From contig LOET01000112.1 in the NCBI GenBank assembly GCA_001515985.1, positions 1 through 62,819 on the forward strand: a stretch of 62,819 nucleotides of DNA, written 5' to 3'. The position numbers were made by a program, and so were the translations under genes. Shown here in pieces: positions 19,755 to 30,717 of the stretch; position 1 is the first letter of the stretch, and each line of letters starts with the position of its first letter. Origin of the DNA: Sphingomonadales bacterium BRH_c3. GTDB lineage: Bacteria > Pseudomonadota > Alphaproteobacteria > Sphingomonadales > Sphingomonadaceae. Below the pieces are notes generated by a model. That model saw only the letters and a list, made by a program, of their open reading frames with translations, had not been told where the DNA came from and did not search any database.

Positions 19755-20492
19755 ATGTCTACCATCAGTTTCGAGGGAAAACAGGTTGTCGTGATCGGCG
19801 GGTCAAGCGGCATCGGCAATGCCACAGCACAGGCGTTCCGCAATGCGGGAGCCAAGGTGCTTGTGACGGGAACTCGAGATACTGCTGAGGCTTACGGTGA
19901 CCAAGAACCGGGGCGCTTCAAAGGCCTGGCTTATTCCAGGCTGAATCTGGACGATCCCGATGCGGTGGCGCAATGGGAGCCAGGTCTTGATAGTCTCGAT
20001 GTGCTGGTGCTGTCGCAGGGCACGGTCGAGTACGGCAGACGTGAGTTCGAGGCTGCGACGTTCCGCAGAATCGTGGACATCAACTTGAATAGCATCCTGG
20101 CTTGTGCGGAGAAGCTTCGTCCGCTGCTCGCGAAGTGCGGGGGTAGCGTGATCACGATCAGCTCGGTCGGCGGCTTGCGGGTGCCCATCGGCAATCCAGC
20201 CTACGCTGCATCGAAGGCAGGCCTTATTCATCTGACGCGGGTGCTGGGTGCGGCGTGGGCTGCGGAAGGCATCCGCGTCAACGGCATTGCTCCTGGCCTG
20301 GTCCGTACCAAGCTGATCTCGGTGACGACGGACAATCCCGAGCGCCTTGCAAAACGCGTGATGGGCATCCCCTTGAAGCGGATTGCTGAGCCAGAAGAGA
20401 TTGCAGACATCGCCTTGTTCCTTGCCTCACCGATGGCAAGCTACATCGTCGGTCAGACAATCGTCGCCGATGGTGGTCGCACCCTCGCCTGA
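19755..20492 (+). CDS. SDR-family oxidoreductase
   Basis: GGSSGIG, YAASK, RVNGIAPG, ADGG. Confidence 0.92.
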   Translation: MSTISFEGKQVVVIGGSSGIGNATAQAFRNAGAKVLVTGTRDTAEAYGDQEPGRFKGLAYSRLNLDDPDAVAQWEPGLDSLDVLVLSQGTVEYGRREFEAATFRRIVDINLNSILACAEKLRPLLAKCGGSVITISSVGGLRVPIGNPAYAASKAGLIHLTRVLGAAWAAEGIRVNGIAPGLVRTKLISVTTDNPERLAKRVMGIPLKRIAEPEEIADIALFLASPMASYIVGQTIVADGGRTLA

Positions 20493-20586
20493 CTGAGGAG
20501 GCGCAGCTGGCGATCGGCAGTCGGCACGAACAGGCGCGGTTAATTACCAAATGGGGGCCTAACCGCGTGCATTTGCCGATACGAGT

Positions 20587-20600
20587 ATTACCCATGCAAT
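20587..20600. promoter_or_regulatory. Shared palindrome upstream of the Mcl2-like gene
   Basis: ATTACCCATGCAAT, 1 mismatch, about 107 bp before GTG 20707. Confidence 0.6.
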
Positions 20601-20706
20601 CAACGCTGGCGGCAGGCGCCTGGAAGACCAATTTGCCTTGCCAATCGCGTTGCCGGTCCGCCTAGATGGCTCCTTCAACGACTCTGCAATCTATCAGGAA
20701 GCACCA

Positions 20707-21612
20707 GTGTTAGACTACAGAACAAGGCCCTTGCGCAGTGTGCTCTACATGCCAGCGTCCAATGCGAAGGCCATCGAGAAGGCGCGTAGCCTCGCGTGCG
20801 ACGCCGTCATCCTGGACCTTGAAGACGCGGTCGCGCCCAGCGAAAAGGACAGCGCCCGGAGCCGGGTCGTCGGGGCGGTGCAAGCTGGCGGCTTCGGCTA
20901 TCGTCAGGTCGTTGTCCGCATTAACGGTCTCGATACGCCTTGGGGGGCGGCCGATATTGCGGCGCTGGCCGACGTTCAGCCTGACGCAATCCTGGCTCCA
21001 AAGGTTTCAACCGCCGACGATGTTCGCCGATACGATGCGCTTATGGCACCGTTTCCCGCCAGAACACACCTGTGGATCATGATCGAGACGGCCCGTTCGA
21101 TCTTCCGGATCGAGGAAATCGCCGACGCTGCGTCAAACACTCGGCTAGCTGCATTCGTGATGGGTACCAATGACATCTGCAAGGAAACCAATGCGCGGAT
21201 GACCAACGGGCGCGCAGCGCTCTTGCCGCAGCTGAGCCTCTCCGTCTCGGCAGCGCGGATGGCGGGCCTGGCTATCATGGACGGCGTCTACAATGACTTG
21301 CAGGATGCGGCAGGACTTGAAGAGGAATGTTGTCAGGGACTGGAGTTCGGGTTCGACGGTAAGACGCTGATACACCCGAGTCAGATCGCGATCGCAAACG
21401 AAGCGTTTTCGCCGACTGCCGCAGAGATCGAATTCGCGCGTCTGGTCATTACCGAATTCGCGCGGCCCGAGAATGCAAGCGTGGGGGTGTTGCGGGTTGA
21501 TGGTAAGATGGTCGAACGGCTGCATCTGCAGCAGTGTGAGAGGCTGGTCGCGATTACGGAAATCCTGACTCGCAATGCCCAGGAAGCTGCGATGCCCGGG
21601 CGGCAGGTATGA
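20707..21612 (+). CDS. CitE-family protein, (3S)-malyl-CoA thioesterase (Mcl2)-like
   Basis: RPLRSVLYMPASNAKAIEKA, DLEDAVAP, VRINGLDTPWG, MGTND, GFDGKTLIHP, GKMVERLH. Confidence 0.85.
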   Translation: MLDYRTRPLRSVLYMPASNAKAIEKARSLACDAVILDLEDAVAPSEKDSARSRVVGAVQAGGFGYRQVVVRINGLDTPWGAADIAALADVQPDAILAPKVSTADDVRRYDALMAPFPARTHLWIMIETARSIFRIEEIADAASNTRLAAFVMGTNDICKETNARMTNGRAALLPQLSLSVSAARMAGLAIMDGVYNDLQDAAGLEEECCQGLEFGFDGKTLIHPSQIAIANEAFSPTAAEIEFARLVITEFARPENASVGVLRVDGKMVERLHLQQCERLVAITEILTRNAQEAAMPGRQV

Positions 21613-22373
21613 ACATTGAAGGAATCTCGGCGGTTGTGACCGGCGGCGCATCGGGACTGGGCCGCGCAACAGTCGAGCATCTGGTTGCCCGCGGGGCAAA
21701 CGTGGTCATCGCCGACCTGCCTGGGTCGGCAGGTTCGGAATTGGCGCTTCGGCTGGGCCCGAAAGTGCGTTTCGTTCCCGCTGATGTCACCATTCCGGAA
21801 CAGATGTCTGCGGTTTATGACGCAGCGGAGGAACTCGGCGTGTTACGAGCAGTGGTCAATTGCGCAGGGCGGGGCGGAACGGTCCGCGTTGTCGACAAGC
21901 ATGGGGAACCCGGACCGCTCGATCTGTTCGAACATATCGTCCGGGTCAACTTGATCGGCACGTTCAACGTGCTGCGGTTGGGTGCGGCGCGAATGGCGAA
22001 AAACGAGCCTGTCGATGGTGAGCGGGGCGTGGTCATCATGACCTCTTCAGTCGCCGCCTATGAAGGGCAGGTCGGGCAGATTCCCTATGCTTCGGCCAAG
22101 GCCGGGATCGTTGGCATGACGATCGTCGCCGCGCGTGATCTGGCGCGTAGCTGCGTCCGTGTTTGCACGATCGCACCGGGCACGTTCGACACTCCGATCC
22201 TGTCGCGGTTTGGACCTGAAGTGTTGGAAGGCTTGGCCCGCGCGGTGCCACACCCGGCCCGGCTGGGGCGTCCGGCGGAATTTGCGATGCTGGCCGGCCA
22301 GATCATCGAAAACCCAATGCTCAACGGGGAAACCATCAGGCTCGACGGAGCAATCCGGATGCCGCCACGATGA
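21609..22373 (+). CDS. 3-hydroxyacyl-CoA dehydrogenase type II (HSD10-like SDR)
   Basis: TGGASGLG, VNLIGTFNV, AAYEGQVGQIPYASAK, RLDGAIRM. Confidence 0.92.
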   Translation: MNIEGISAVVTGGASGLGRATVEHLVARGANVVIADLPGSAGSELALRLGPKVRFVPADVTIPEQMSAVYDAAEELGVLRAVVNCAGRGGTVRVVDKHGEPGPLDLFEHIVRVNLIGTFNVLRLGAARMAKNEPVDGERGVVIMTSSVAAYEGQVGQIPYASAKAGIVGMTIVAARDLARSCVRVCTIAPGTFDTPILSRFGPEVLEGLARAVPHPARLGRPAEFAMLAGQIIENPMLNGETIRLDGAIRMPPR

Positions 22374-22416
22374 GTGGCGCGGCGCCGCCACACAAGAGCG
22401 CGAAGGGAGACTGGTC

Positions 22417-23178
22417 ATGAAAATCGGGATAATTGGCGTCGGCAAGATCGGAGCTACACTAGCCGCACGCTATGCCGGGGCCGGAAAGACAGTGGTCCTC
22501 GCCAATTCGCGTGGGCCAGCAACGCTGCGCGACCTCGCCGATTCCATCGGCGCTCAAGCTGGTACGGTGGCCGATGCGATCGCCGATGCCGACCTGGTGG
22601 TAGTCTCGATCCAGCAAAAGAGCATCCCTCTTCTGTCCGCAGCGTTTGCCGGTGCGCGAGGCGGCCAGTTCGTGCTGGACACCGGCAATTACATGCCGTT
22701 CCGCGATGGCCGGATCGAGGAAATCGAGTCCGGCATGGTCGAAAGCGAATGGGTCCAGCGCCAGCTCGGGCGGCCGACCATCAAGGCTTACAACAGCATC
22801 ATGGCCGAGAGCTTGCGGCACCTTCACCGCCCTGCGAGAGCGAGCGGGCGGATCGCGCTGCCGGTGGCGGGCGACGACGACCGGGCGAAACGGATCGTGA
22901 TGGAGCTTGTCGATATCTCAGGATTCGATCCCTGGGACTCGGGCGCCATCGCGGAGTCTTGGCGGCAGCAGCCGGGAATGCCAGCTTACTGCACAGACCT
23001 GACACTGAACGAGTTGCCTGCAGCGCTTGCGAGTGCGGACCGGATGGCCGGCCCCGCGATCCGAGATGCCTTCGCCAAGGAACTGCTCGAAGGTTGGGAC
23101 ACGCACAGCGCCGCCGACCGGATTGCGATCATTCGCCGTCATCAGCTGCGCAGTACTGATCAAAATCCCAGGACTTGA
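22417..23178 (+). CDS. NADPH-dependent F420 reductase-like oxidoreductase
   Basis: MKIGIIGVGKIG, ANSRGP, DTGNY, WRQQPGMPAYCTDL; paralog of 773..1381. Confidence 0.87.
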   Translation: MKIGIIGVGKIGATLAARYAGAGKTVVLANSRGPATLRDLADSIGAQAGTVADAIADADLVVVSIQQKSIPLLSAAFAGARGGQFVLDTGNYMPFRDGRIEEIESGMVESEWVQRQLGRPTIKAYNSIMAESLRHLHRPARASGRIALPVAGDDDRAKRIVMELVDISGFDPWDSGAIAESWRQQPGMPAYCTDLTLNELPAALASADRMAGPAIRDAFAKELLEGWDTHSAADRIAIIRRHQLRSTDQNPRT

Positions 23179-23204
23179 AACCAGACAACCAGAGAGCCCT
23201 AGCA

Positions 23205-24398
23205 ATGAGCATCCAGCAAGAGGAAACAATTTTCGCGTCCGGTATGACGGAGGAGCGCGTCATGATCCAGGAACTTGCCCGGAATTTCACGCGAGATGAG
23301 GTCCGGCCGCTGGCCGATCGCCTCGATCCCGAGAAGGGCGACATTCCCGCCGATCTGATCGAGCGGATGGGTGAACTGGGCTTCTTCGGTATCCTCATCC
23401 CCGAGGAGCTGGGTGGATTGGGGCTTGGAGCCTACGAGTATTGCCTGGTTGCAGAAGAACTTGCCAAGGGCTGGATGAGCGTTGCCAGCCTCCCAGCGCG
23501 CGGCAACGCGTTCTACCGGACAATTGGTGGCAATGAGGACGAGCGTCGCCGCAAGATCGCCGCCATGGCAGCTGGTAAGTATCTCGGCGCGGCCGCATTG
23601 TCCGAGCCGGGCACCGGGTCCGACCTGTCGGGCGTGGCGTGCCGCGCGCGGCGTGAAGGCGATGAATGGGTTATCACGGGGAGCAAGTACTGGTGCACCT
23701 TCGCGGATGGTGCCGACTTCATCCGGGTGCTGTGCCGGATCGACGATGGATCGGGAGCAATGGGTGGAACCATCGGTCTTGCTGTCGAAAAGCCGCGCGG
23801 GCAGTTGCCTGATGGGGTGACTGGATCGCCAATCCCCAAAATCGGCTATTTCGGCTGGAAGACCTGGGAACTGTTCTTTGACGGGGTTCGCGTGCCCGCC
23901 GATCCCGACCGCGAGGATGGCCGGGCTTTTCAGAGCACGGCGCACGGCTTGGAGCTGGCCCGTGCGCACACGGCGGCCCGCTCGATCGGGGTCGCACAGG
24001 CGGCGCTAGACCACGCCGCGAACTACGCCACTGAACGGGTCCAGTTCGGCGAGCCGATCTCCAACTTCCAGGCGATCCGGTTCAAGATTGCCAAGATGGC
24101 GACCCAGATCGAGGCATGCCGGCACATGCTCTATCATACTTGCGAGGAAATCGACGCGGGCCGTGCCGCGAAGGTCAAGACATCGATGATCAAGTACCTC
24201 GCTTCTGAAATGGCAGAGGAAGTAACCAGCGAGGCGCTGCAGATCATGGGCGGCGCGGGTTATACAACGCTGCACCCGATCGAGCGATTCTGGCGCGATG
24301 CGCGGCTGACCAAAATCTTCGAAGGTACCTCCGAAATTCAGTTGCGCATCATCTCGGATGCGATGCTTGGCAAGCCCGTCGAGAGGCAGAAGGACTGA
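23205..24398 (+). CDS. Acyl-CoA dehydrogenase (methylsuccinyl-CoA dehydrogenase-like motifs)
   Basis: LSEPGTGSD, IGYFGWKTWELFFDG, ARAHTAARSIGVAQAA, RVQFG, IFEGTSEIQ. Confidence 0.9.
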   Translation: MSIQQEETIFASGMTEERVMIQELARNFTRDEVRPLADRLDPEKGDIPADLIERMGELGFFGILIPEELGGLGLGAYEYCLVAEELAKGWMSVASLPARGNAFYRTIGGNEDERRRKIAAMAAGKYLGAAALSEPGTGSDLSGVACRARREGDEWVITGSKYWCTFADGADFIRVLCRIDDGSGAMGGTIGLAVEKPRGQLPDGVTGSPIPKIGYFGWKTWELFFDGVRVPADPDREDGRAFQSTAHGLELARAHTAARSIGVAQAALDHAANYATERVQFGEPISNFQAIRFKIAKMATQIEACRHMLYHTCEEIDAGRAAKVKTSMIKYLASEMAEEVTSEALQIMGGAGYTTLHPIERFWRDARLTKIFEGTSEIQLRIISDAMLGKPVERQKD

Positions 24399-24402
24399 TC
24401 CT

Positions 24403-25758
24403 ATGGCCGCTCGTTCACTCAGACTCGCGGACGATCTCGCCGTGACCCGAAATTTGGCAATCGCCGCGCTATCCTATCCCAATTCTAAGATGCCAGTGGA
24501 TGCGATTGCGGTGGCCAAGCAATGCATGCTTGACTGGTTCGCCGTGACGTTGGCTGGTGTGCACGAGGATTGCGCCGCGATCCTGCACGATGAGCTGGCT
24601 TCGACCGGCTCGGGCCCGTGTAGCGTTATTGGACGGCCGACACGCCTGTCGGCCCATGATGCGGCGTTGGTCAACGGCACGGCATCGCATGCGCTTGACT
24701 ATGATGACGTGAACAAGGCCATCGCAGGCCATCCAACTGTTGTGGTCTTGCCAGCTGTCCTGGCCGTTGCCGAGGCTGAAGGGCGCAGCGGCCGCGACGC
24801 GCTGGCCGCGTTTGTTGCCGGCTACGAGATTGCCTGCATTTTAGGCGAACTGGTGGCCCCGTCGCATTATGCCGCTGGCTTCCATGCCACCGCGACGCTG
24901 GGTGCAATTGGCTCGGCGGTTGCCGCAGGACTATTGATGGGGCTCGACGAAACGCAGATGGAGCATGCCATTGGACTGGGGGCAACCCAGAGCGCGGGTC
25001 TGAAGGCGATGTTTGGCAGCATGGCTAAGCCGCTACACGCGGGCAAGGCCGGGGCTAACGGTGTGCTGGCTGCGCGGCTTGCAGCGCGTGGCTTCACCGC
25101 GCAGCCTGGCGGTCTGGAGGCCCATCAGGGGTTTATATCGACCCTAAGTAGCGAACCTCTCCGCGCGCCAATGATTGCACCACCGGGATCGCATGTCGTC
25201 AATACGCTCTTCAAGTACCACGCTGCCTGTTACGGGACCCATTCGTCCATTGATGCCCTGAGTGAGCTGATGGCGTCGCGCGGGCTGTCGGCTGACGACG
25301 TTGCCGCTGTGGATGTCCATGTCCCGCCCGGGCACCTGTCGGTGTGCAATATCTCCGATCCCGTTAACGGCCTGGAAGCCAAGTTCAGCCTACGCCAGAC
25401 TCTGGCCATGGTGATGTGCGGGGTCGATACCGCAGCGCTCGCATCGTACACGGATGCGCTGAGCATTGATCCCCGCCTGGTCGATATCCGCCAGCGTGTG
25501 ACAGTTCACGGCGACATGCCGGTGGGCGGTGAAGTGCGGATCGCGCTGCGCGCTGTTACCGGCGAGGTTCACGAGATCGTTCACAACACTGGCATCGTTG
25601 ACACGGACATCGCGCGGCAGGGAGCAAGGATATCGGCAAAGTTCAAGAGCCTGGCAGAGCCGGTGATCGGGAGCGCTGCTGCGGAGGTGTTGATGGCCGG
25701 CGTGCTCGACATTGAGAATTGCACATCGGTGGAGGCGTTGCTGGCATCCGTCCGATAG
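24403..25758 (+). CDS. MmgE/PrpD-family protein
   Basis: NGTASHALDYDD, GHP, GFHAT, KPLHAG, FKYHAACYGTH, AKFS. Confidence 0.92.
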   Translation: MAARSLRLADDLAVTRNLAIAALSYPNSKMPVDAIAVAKQCMLDWFAVTLAGVHEDCAAILHDELASTGSGPCSVIGRPTRLSAHDAALVNGTASHALDYDDVNKAIAGHPTVVVLPAVLAVAEAEGRSGRDALAAFVAGYEIACILGELVAPSHYAAGFHATATLGAIGSAVAAGLLMGLDETQMEHAIGLGATQSAGLKAMFGSMAKPLHAGKAGANGVLAARLAARGFTAQPGGLEAHQGFISTLSSEPLRAPMIAPPGSHVVNTLFKYHAACYGTHSSIDALSELMASRGLSADDVAAVDVHVPPGHLSVCNISDPVNGLEAKFSLRQTLAMVMCGVDTAALASYTDALSIDPRLVDIRQRVTVHGDMPVGGEVRIALRAVTGEVHEIVHNTGIVDTDIARQGARISAKFKSLAEPVIGSAAAEVLMAGVLDIENCTSVEALLASVR

Positions 25759-25915
25759 CTGGCAGGCACGCCTGCTTCATAACAGATGGAATATCTCCGC
25801 GGTGATCTCTCGCTCCTATTGCTCAAGCGAGGGTTGCCGTCGAATGGACCTTCAGAATTTTGGAATGACAGCGACAGCCAATCGGCTTGATCCGGATGAG
25901 ATTTGGAATATTCAA

Positions 25916-27979
25916 ATGACCTCAGCAGCACATCAGGAAAAGCGCGGCGAGATCGGCGTGATCACAATCGATTCCCCGCCGGTCAACGCCTTGGGTATCA
26001 ACGTCAGACGCGGTCTGGACAGCGCATTTCGCGCGTTGAGGGATGATCCCGCCGTCAAGGCGATCGTCCTGATCTGTGCGGGCCGGACGTTCTTTGCCGG
26101 AGCGGACATCTCCGAGTTCGGCAAAGAGCCGCAGGCGCCGCTGCTGGGCGATGTCTTCGCCTTGATCGAGAATTTGGGCAAGCCTGTCATCGCCGCGATC
26201 CACTGCACGGCGCTTGGCGGCGGCTGCGAACTGGCACTGGTCTGCAATTACCGCGTGGCAGTCCCTAGCGCCCGGATCGGCCTACCCGAGGTCAAGCTGG
26301 GCCTGCTGCCCGGTGCGGGCGGCACCCAGCGCTTGCCCCGGCTAATTGGCCCGGAATTGGCGCTCGACTTGATCCTGTTCGGCCGCTCAATTGATGCAGC
26401 GGAAGCCTTGCGGTTAGGGGTGATCGACAAGGTTGTAAGCGAGGGTGCGCTGCTCGATGAGGCGATCGCCTTCGCCGCCGAAATGGTGGCGCAGGGCAAA
26501 CCGCTGACCCGTGTGCGAGACCGTGAGGATCAGATCGCACAGAGCAGGGATCATCCGGAGATCTTCGCCGCTGCCCGCGCCCGAGCGGCCAAGACCGCCC
26601 GCGGGTTTCTGGCACCCGAAAACATCATCAAGGCCGTCGAGGCGGCGGTGTCGCTCCCGTTTGATGAAGGCATGCAGCGCGAGCGCGAGCTGTTTGTTGA
26701 ACTTCGCGATTCGACCCAGAGTGCAGCTCAGCGCTACTATTTCTTCGCCGAGCGCAAGGCCGGCAAGGTGCCGGGTCTGCCGACAGCCCCTGCCGACCTT
26801 AAGATCGAGCGGGTCGGCGTAATCGGTGCCGGTACGATGGGCGGCGGCATCTCGATGAATTTTCTCAGTGCTGGTATTCCCGTGACCCTGTTGGAAATGA
26901 GCCAAGAAGCGCTTGACCGGGGGATTGGCGTGATCCGCCGCAACTACGAGAACAGCGCCAGGCGTGGCAGGATATCCGATGTTGAGGTCGAAAGGTGCAT
27001 GGACCTGATCACACCGTCGCTAGACATGGGCGATCTGGGCGAAGTGGATGTGGTGATCGAGGCTGTATTCGAGCGCATGGACGTCAAACAGGATATTTTT
27101 GCCAAGCTCGACAAGATTGCCAAACCCCATGCGATTCTCGCCACCAACACCTCATTCCTGAATGTCGACGAGATTGCCGCCGCGACCAGCCGTCCTGAAT
27201 CCGTGCTTGGGCTGCACTTCTTTTCACCCGCCAACGTGATGCGGCTGCTGGAGGTCGTGCGCGCTGCCAGGACTTCGGAGTCGGTGCTGGCAGCCTCAAT
27301 GGCACTGTCGTCGCGGATCGGAAAGGTAGCTGTAGTGAGCGGGGTGTGTGATGGCTTCATTGCCAACCGAATAATGACCCCGCGTCGTGAACAGGCAGAG
27401 GCTGTCATCCTTGAAGGGACTACGCCTCAGGATGTCGACAAGGCACTTTATGACTTCGGCTTCACAATGGGGCCGTTTGCGACCATGGATCTGGTCGGGC
27501 TGGATGTAATTGACCGGAGTGAACCTTATCGCACCGTGAAGGCGGATTTGCTGAAGGCTGGGCGGCGCGGGCAGAAGTCGGGAGCCGGTTATTACGACTA
27601 TGACGAAAGCCGTCGCCCCTCACCTTCGGAACTGGTTGCGAAGATCATCGCCGAGGTGGCAGCTGAGCGCGGCATTGTCCAGCATCCGCCACTTAATCAG
27701 GAAGAGTTGGTCTGCCGATTGCTCTACCCAGTCGTAAATGAAGGCGCGCGGATTCTTCAGGAAGGTATTGCCCAGCGCGCATCGGACATTGATGTCGCCT
27801 GCATCCTTGGTTACGGCTGGCCGGTATACACGGGCGGCCCGATGTTCTGGGCCGACAGTATCGGGCTGGCGCAGATCGTGACTGGACTCCGTGCCATGGC
27901 GGAGCGGTTCGGTTCGCAATTCGAACCCGCTGAACTGCTCGTTCGCAAATCGGAGGCCGGTGACCGGCTCACAGATTAA
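25916..27979 (+). CDS. Bifunctional enoyl-CoA hydratase/3-hydroxyacyl-CoA dehydrogenase (PimF/FadB-like)
   Basis: [51 protein letters not shown]. Confidence 0.94.
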   Translation: MTSAAHQEKRGEIGVITIDSPPVNALGINVRRGLDSAFRALRDDPAVKAIVLICAGRTFFAGADISEFGKEPQAPLLGDVFALIENLGKPVIAAIHCTALGGGCELALVCNYRVAVPSARIGLPEVKLGLLPGAGGTQRLPRLIGPELALDLILFGRSIDAAEALRLGVIDKVVSEGALLDEAIAFAAEMVAQGKPLTRVRDREDQIAQSRDHPEIFAAARARAAKTARGFLAPENIIKAVEAAVSLPFDEGMQRERELFVELRDSTQSAAQRYYFFAERKAGKVPGLPTAPADLKIERVGVIGAGTMGGGISMNFLSAGIPVTLLEMSQEALDRGIGVIRRNYENSARRGRISDVEVERCMDLITPSLDMGDLGEVDVVIEAVFERMDVKQDIFAKLDKIAKPHAILATNTSFLNVDEIAAATSRPESVLGLHFFSPANVMRLLEVVRAARTSESVLAASMALSSRIGKVAVVSGVCDGFIANRIMTPRREQAEAVILEGTTPQDVDKALYDFGFTMGPFATMDLVGLDVIDRSEPYRTVKADLLKAGRRGQKSGAGYYDYDESRRPSPSELVAKIIAEVAAERGIVQHPPLNQEELVCRLLYPVVNEGARILQEGIAQRASDIDVACILGYGWPVYTGGPMFWADSIGLAQIVTGLRAMAERFGSQFEPAELLVRKSEAGDRLTD

Positions 27980-28060
27980 GTGGGGAGAGGGTGGAGCTGC
28001 CGGCGAGGTGCTTCATCTCGCCCTGCGGCGGCGCGCCGCTTTTGCTTAACGGGGCGGCAT

Positions 28061-29077
28061 TCAGTTGAACGCGATGCAGATCTTGCCGAACTGAGTGCCG
28101 CCCCGCTGTATGTGCAAGGCGTCGGGGGCCTTGTGGAAAGGCACAACCTCGTCGATTACAGGGCGCATTCCGCTGGCGGCGATGGCCCGGTTCATTGCCT
28201 CGAAATCATCGCGGCTACCAACCGAAATCCCGTGCAGATGCAGGTTGCGGCCAAAGATAGCCGACATCGCCAGTTCCTGCGTCCGTCCGCCGAGTACGCC
28301 GATGATGCAAATCTGGCCGCCTACCCGGGCCGCAGTAAGTGACTGGTTGATGGTACCGGCTCCGCCGACTTCCACCACGATATCCGCGCCGCGCCCGCCT
28401 GTCTGTTCCAGGACGCGCTGGCCCCATTCAGGGCAATCGCGGTAGTTGATCAGGTGATCCGCGCCCAATGTACGGCCGCGCTCGAGCTTGGCGTCGCTGC
28501 TTGAGGTCAGAATCACCGTTGCTCCATGCAATTTAGCAAATTGCAGCGCGAACAGAGAGACTCCGCCGGTACCCTGGACTACCACTGTCATCCCTGCACG
28601 TACCCGCGCGCAAGTCACTAGTGCGCGCCAGGCTGTCACCGCTGCGCAGGGTAGAGTAGCTGCTTCGACATAGCTCAGATGATCCGGGATCTTCACCAGT
28701 TCCTCAGCATTGATCAGCAGGCGCTCTTGGAGGACGCCTGGGGTCGAAGCTGATCCGCGCGCCTTCAACCGGTTTTCGTTGGTTGGCGGACCAGTCAGCC
28801 AGTCGCGGAAGAACGTAGGGCACACCCGATCACCGGGACCCACTCGGATGGTGTCGACGCCAATGGCGATTACTTCACCGGCGCAGTCCGAAAGGGGAAT
28901 CTGCGGAAGGCGGCCCAGCGGAAAGGCGTTGGTGACTGTTGTGACATCGCGGTAGTTCGATGCAGCTGCGTGGACCTGCACCAAGGCCTGGCCAGGGCCG
29001 GGCAACGGAGGGTCGGGGAGCTCGACCATTTCAAGGTGTTCGAGCCCCCATTCAAGGGTGTTCTGCCAGGCATGCAT
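28061..29077 (-). CDS. MDR-family NAD(P)-dependent oxidoreductase (alcohol dehydrogenase-like)
   Basis: NYRD, PLSDCAGEV, LPCAAVTAW, QGTGGVS, FGKI; AAGGA RBS before ATG 29077. The upstream part of the track ORF overlaps the MFS gene. Confidence 0.9.
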   Translation of the reverse strand: MHAWQNTLEWGLEHLEMVELPDPPLPGPGQALVQVHAAASNYRDVTTVTNAFPLGRLPQIPLSDCAGEVIAIGVDTIRVGPGDRVCPTFFRDWLTGPPTNENRLKARGSASTPGVLQERLLINAEELVKIPDHLSYVEAATLPCAAVTAWRALVTCARVRAGMTVVVQGTGGVSLFALQFAKLHGATVILTSSSDAKLERGRTLGADHLINYRDCPEWGQRVLEQTGGRGADIVVEVGGAGTINQSLTAARVGGQICIIGVLGGRTQELAMSAIFGRNLHLHGISVGSRDDFEAMNRAIAASGMRPVIDEVVPFHKAPDALHIQRGGTQFGKICIAFN

Positions 29078-29145
29078 GTCGGTATCCTTCTCAGCACTCA
29101 GAGTGAGCGGGCTCGCGCCACACGGGTAATGGCGAAGGCATTTGA

Positions 29146-30486
29146 CTAGCCCTCGCTTACGGCGGGAAATCCGGCACGCGCTTCTGCGGCGAAGGCGGTG
29201 CGGATCCAGAATAGCAGCAGCAACCCAGGGCACAGAGTCGCCGCGCACACCAGTGAGATGGACAGGCCGAGATGGCCGTCCCCAGCAAAGAACCATCGCT
29301 CGAACAGCGGCACGGCGATGGGGCCGACGCTTTGGCCGACGATGCCGATGGTCAGGAAAAAGATGGCCACAAAGGTTGCTCGCATCTGCATCGGCGCCAC
29401 TTCTTGCATAGATACCATGATGTTGGTGCTCCCGCCCAGCGCACCAATCATTCCAGCACACATCAGGGCCAGGCGGAACTCCGGATTTGGCTGTATGGGT
29501 CCCGCCCCCAAGCAAACAAGAGCCAACAGGAAGCAGCCGATGCTTACCAGCACGACCGCGTCATCCCGTCCTCTTGCGCGAAGGCGGCGCGTCAGCAACG
29601 GGGCGCCCAGCGAACCTGTGATACCGGCGACGAAAGTGACAAGCCCGACGATCCAGCCAGCTTGCCCCACATCCCATTCGAAGTCTCGCTTGAGCAGTTC
29701 GACAAACCAGTTGCTGACCGCGTTTCCCGCTACTCCGGCGATCGCAGAGCCCATGAACAGGCCAGGGTAGAGCTTTCTGCGATGCGATAGCTGTGCGAGA
29801 ACAACCTTCAAGGGTGCAGCGGTTATCCCATCCGAGCGGCCTTCGCGCTGGGGCTCCCGCGTGGTCAGCGCATAAAGGGCGACCAGAACAATGCCTGGCA
29901 GGCCCGCCAGCAACAGAATTATGCGCCAAGTCGGAATGGACTCGAGCGCAGCGCCCAGGCCATTGAGTTCGATGTAGTGGATCATTGCACCGCCGCCGAA
30001 ATAGGCGATCGGCATCCCTACGTAGGCCGATGCGCTGTAGATGCTGGCCGCCATGCTGCGGTGCTGTAGCGGAAAAAGATCGCCAATTAAGGAGTAGGCC
30101 GCAGGCGTCAGTACAGCTTCGCCGACGGCCAACCCCAGCCGCAGTACGAGCAGCATGGAGAACGAAGCTGAGGCGCCCGATGCCATCGTGCAAACGCACC
30201 ACAATGTGACGCCGCCGATGATCAGCAGCTTGCGATTCCCATGATCCGCAAGCCGCGCCATTGGCAGGCTGAGCAGTGAATAGGCTACGCTGAAGGCGAT
30301 ACCCAGCAACAAGCCGATCTGCACGTCGCTGAGTGAAAAGGCGGCCTTGATTGGCCCGATCATCAGGGCCAGGATGGTCCGGTCAAACAGTGACAAGATA
30401 TATAGCGTGCATAGCAGGCCAAGAGTCCACCACGCCTTGTTCGGGGGAATATTACGGTTGAAGATATCGTCTGCTGTTTGAGCCAT
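29146..30486 (-). CDS. MFS transporter (spinster-like)
   Basis: About 12 hydrophobic segments, DRTIL, ARLADHGNR, GEAVLTPAAYSLIGDLFP. Confidence 0.92.
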   Translation of the reverse strand: MAQTADDIFNRNIPPNKAWWTLGLLCTLYILSLFDRTILALMIGPIKAAFSLSDVQIGLLLGIAFSVAYSLLSLPMARLADHGNRKLLIIGGVTLWCVCTMASGASASFSMLLVLRLGLAVGEAVLTPAAYSLIGDLFPLQHRSMAASIYSASAYVGMPIAYFGGGAMIHYIELNGLGAALESIPTWRIILLLAGLPGIVLVALYALTTREPQREGRSDGITAAPLKVVLAQLSHRRKLYPGLFMGSAIAGVAGNAVSNWFVELLKRDFEWDVGQAGWIVGLVTFVAGITGSLGAPLLTRRLRARGRDDAVVLVSIGCFLLALVCLGAGPIQPNPEFRLALMCAGMIGALGGSTNIMVSMQEVAPMQMRATFVAIFFLTIGIVGQSVGPIAVPLFERWFFAGDGHLGLSISLVCAATLCPGLLLLFWIRTAFAAEARAGFPAVSEG

Positions 30487-30717
30487 GCCCCCCCGGTGGC
30501 CGGTGGCCGGTGCCGCAGTCTACTTTGTCGACGTCAGTGCTGCCATATTACATCCCCCCGGACAATCACTACCGATGGCAGGAGTAGCGCTCCACTGCAC
30601 TATCACAGATACAATCAAAATCTGTAGGCGGTGGTTACCGGCCAGGCTCCTTGGTAACACTGCGACATATAAGGAAGACCTGACGGGTGTTCTTCGATTC
30701 CATAGCGGATTAACGGC

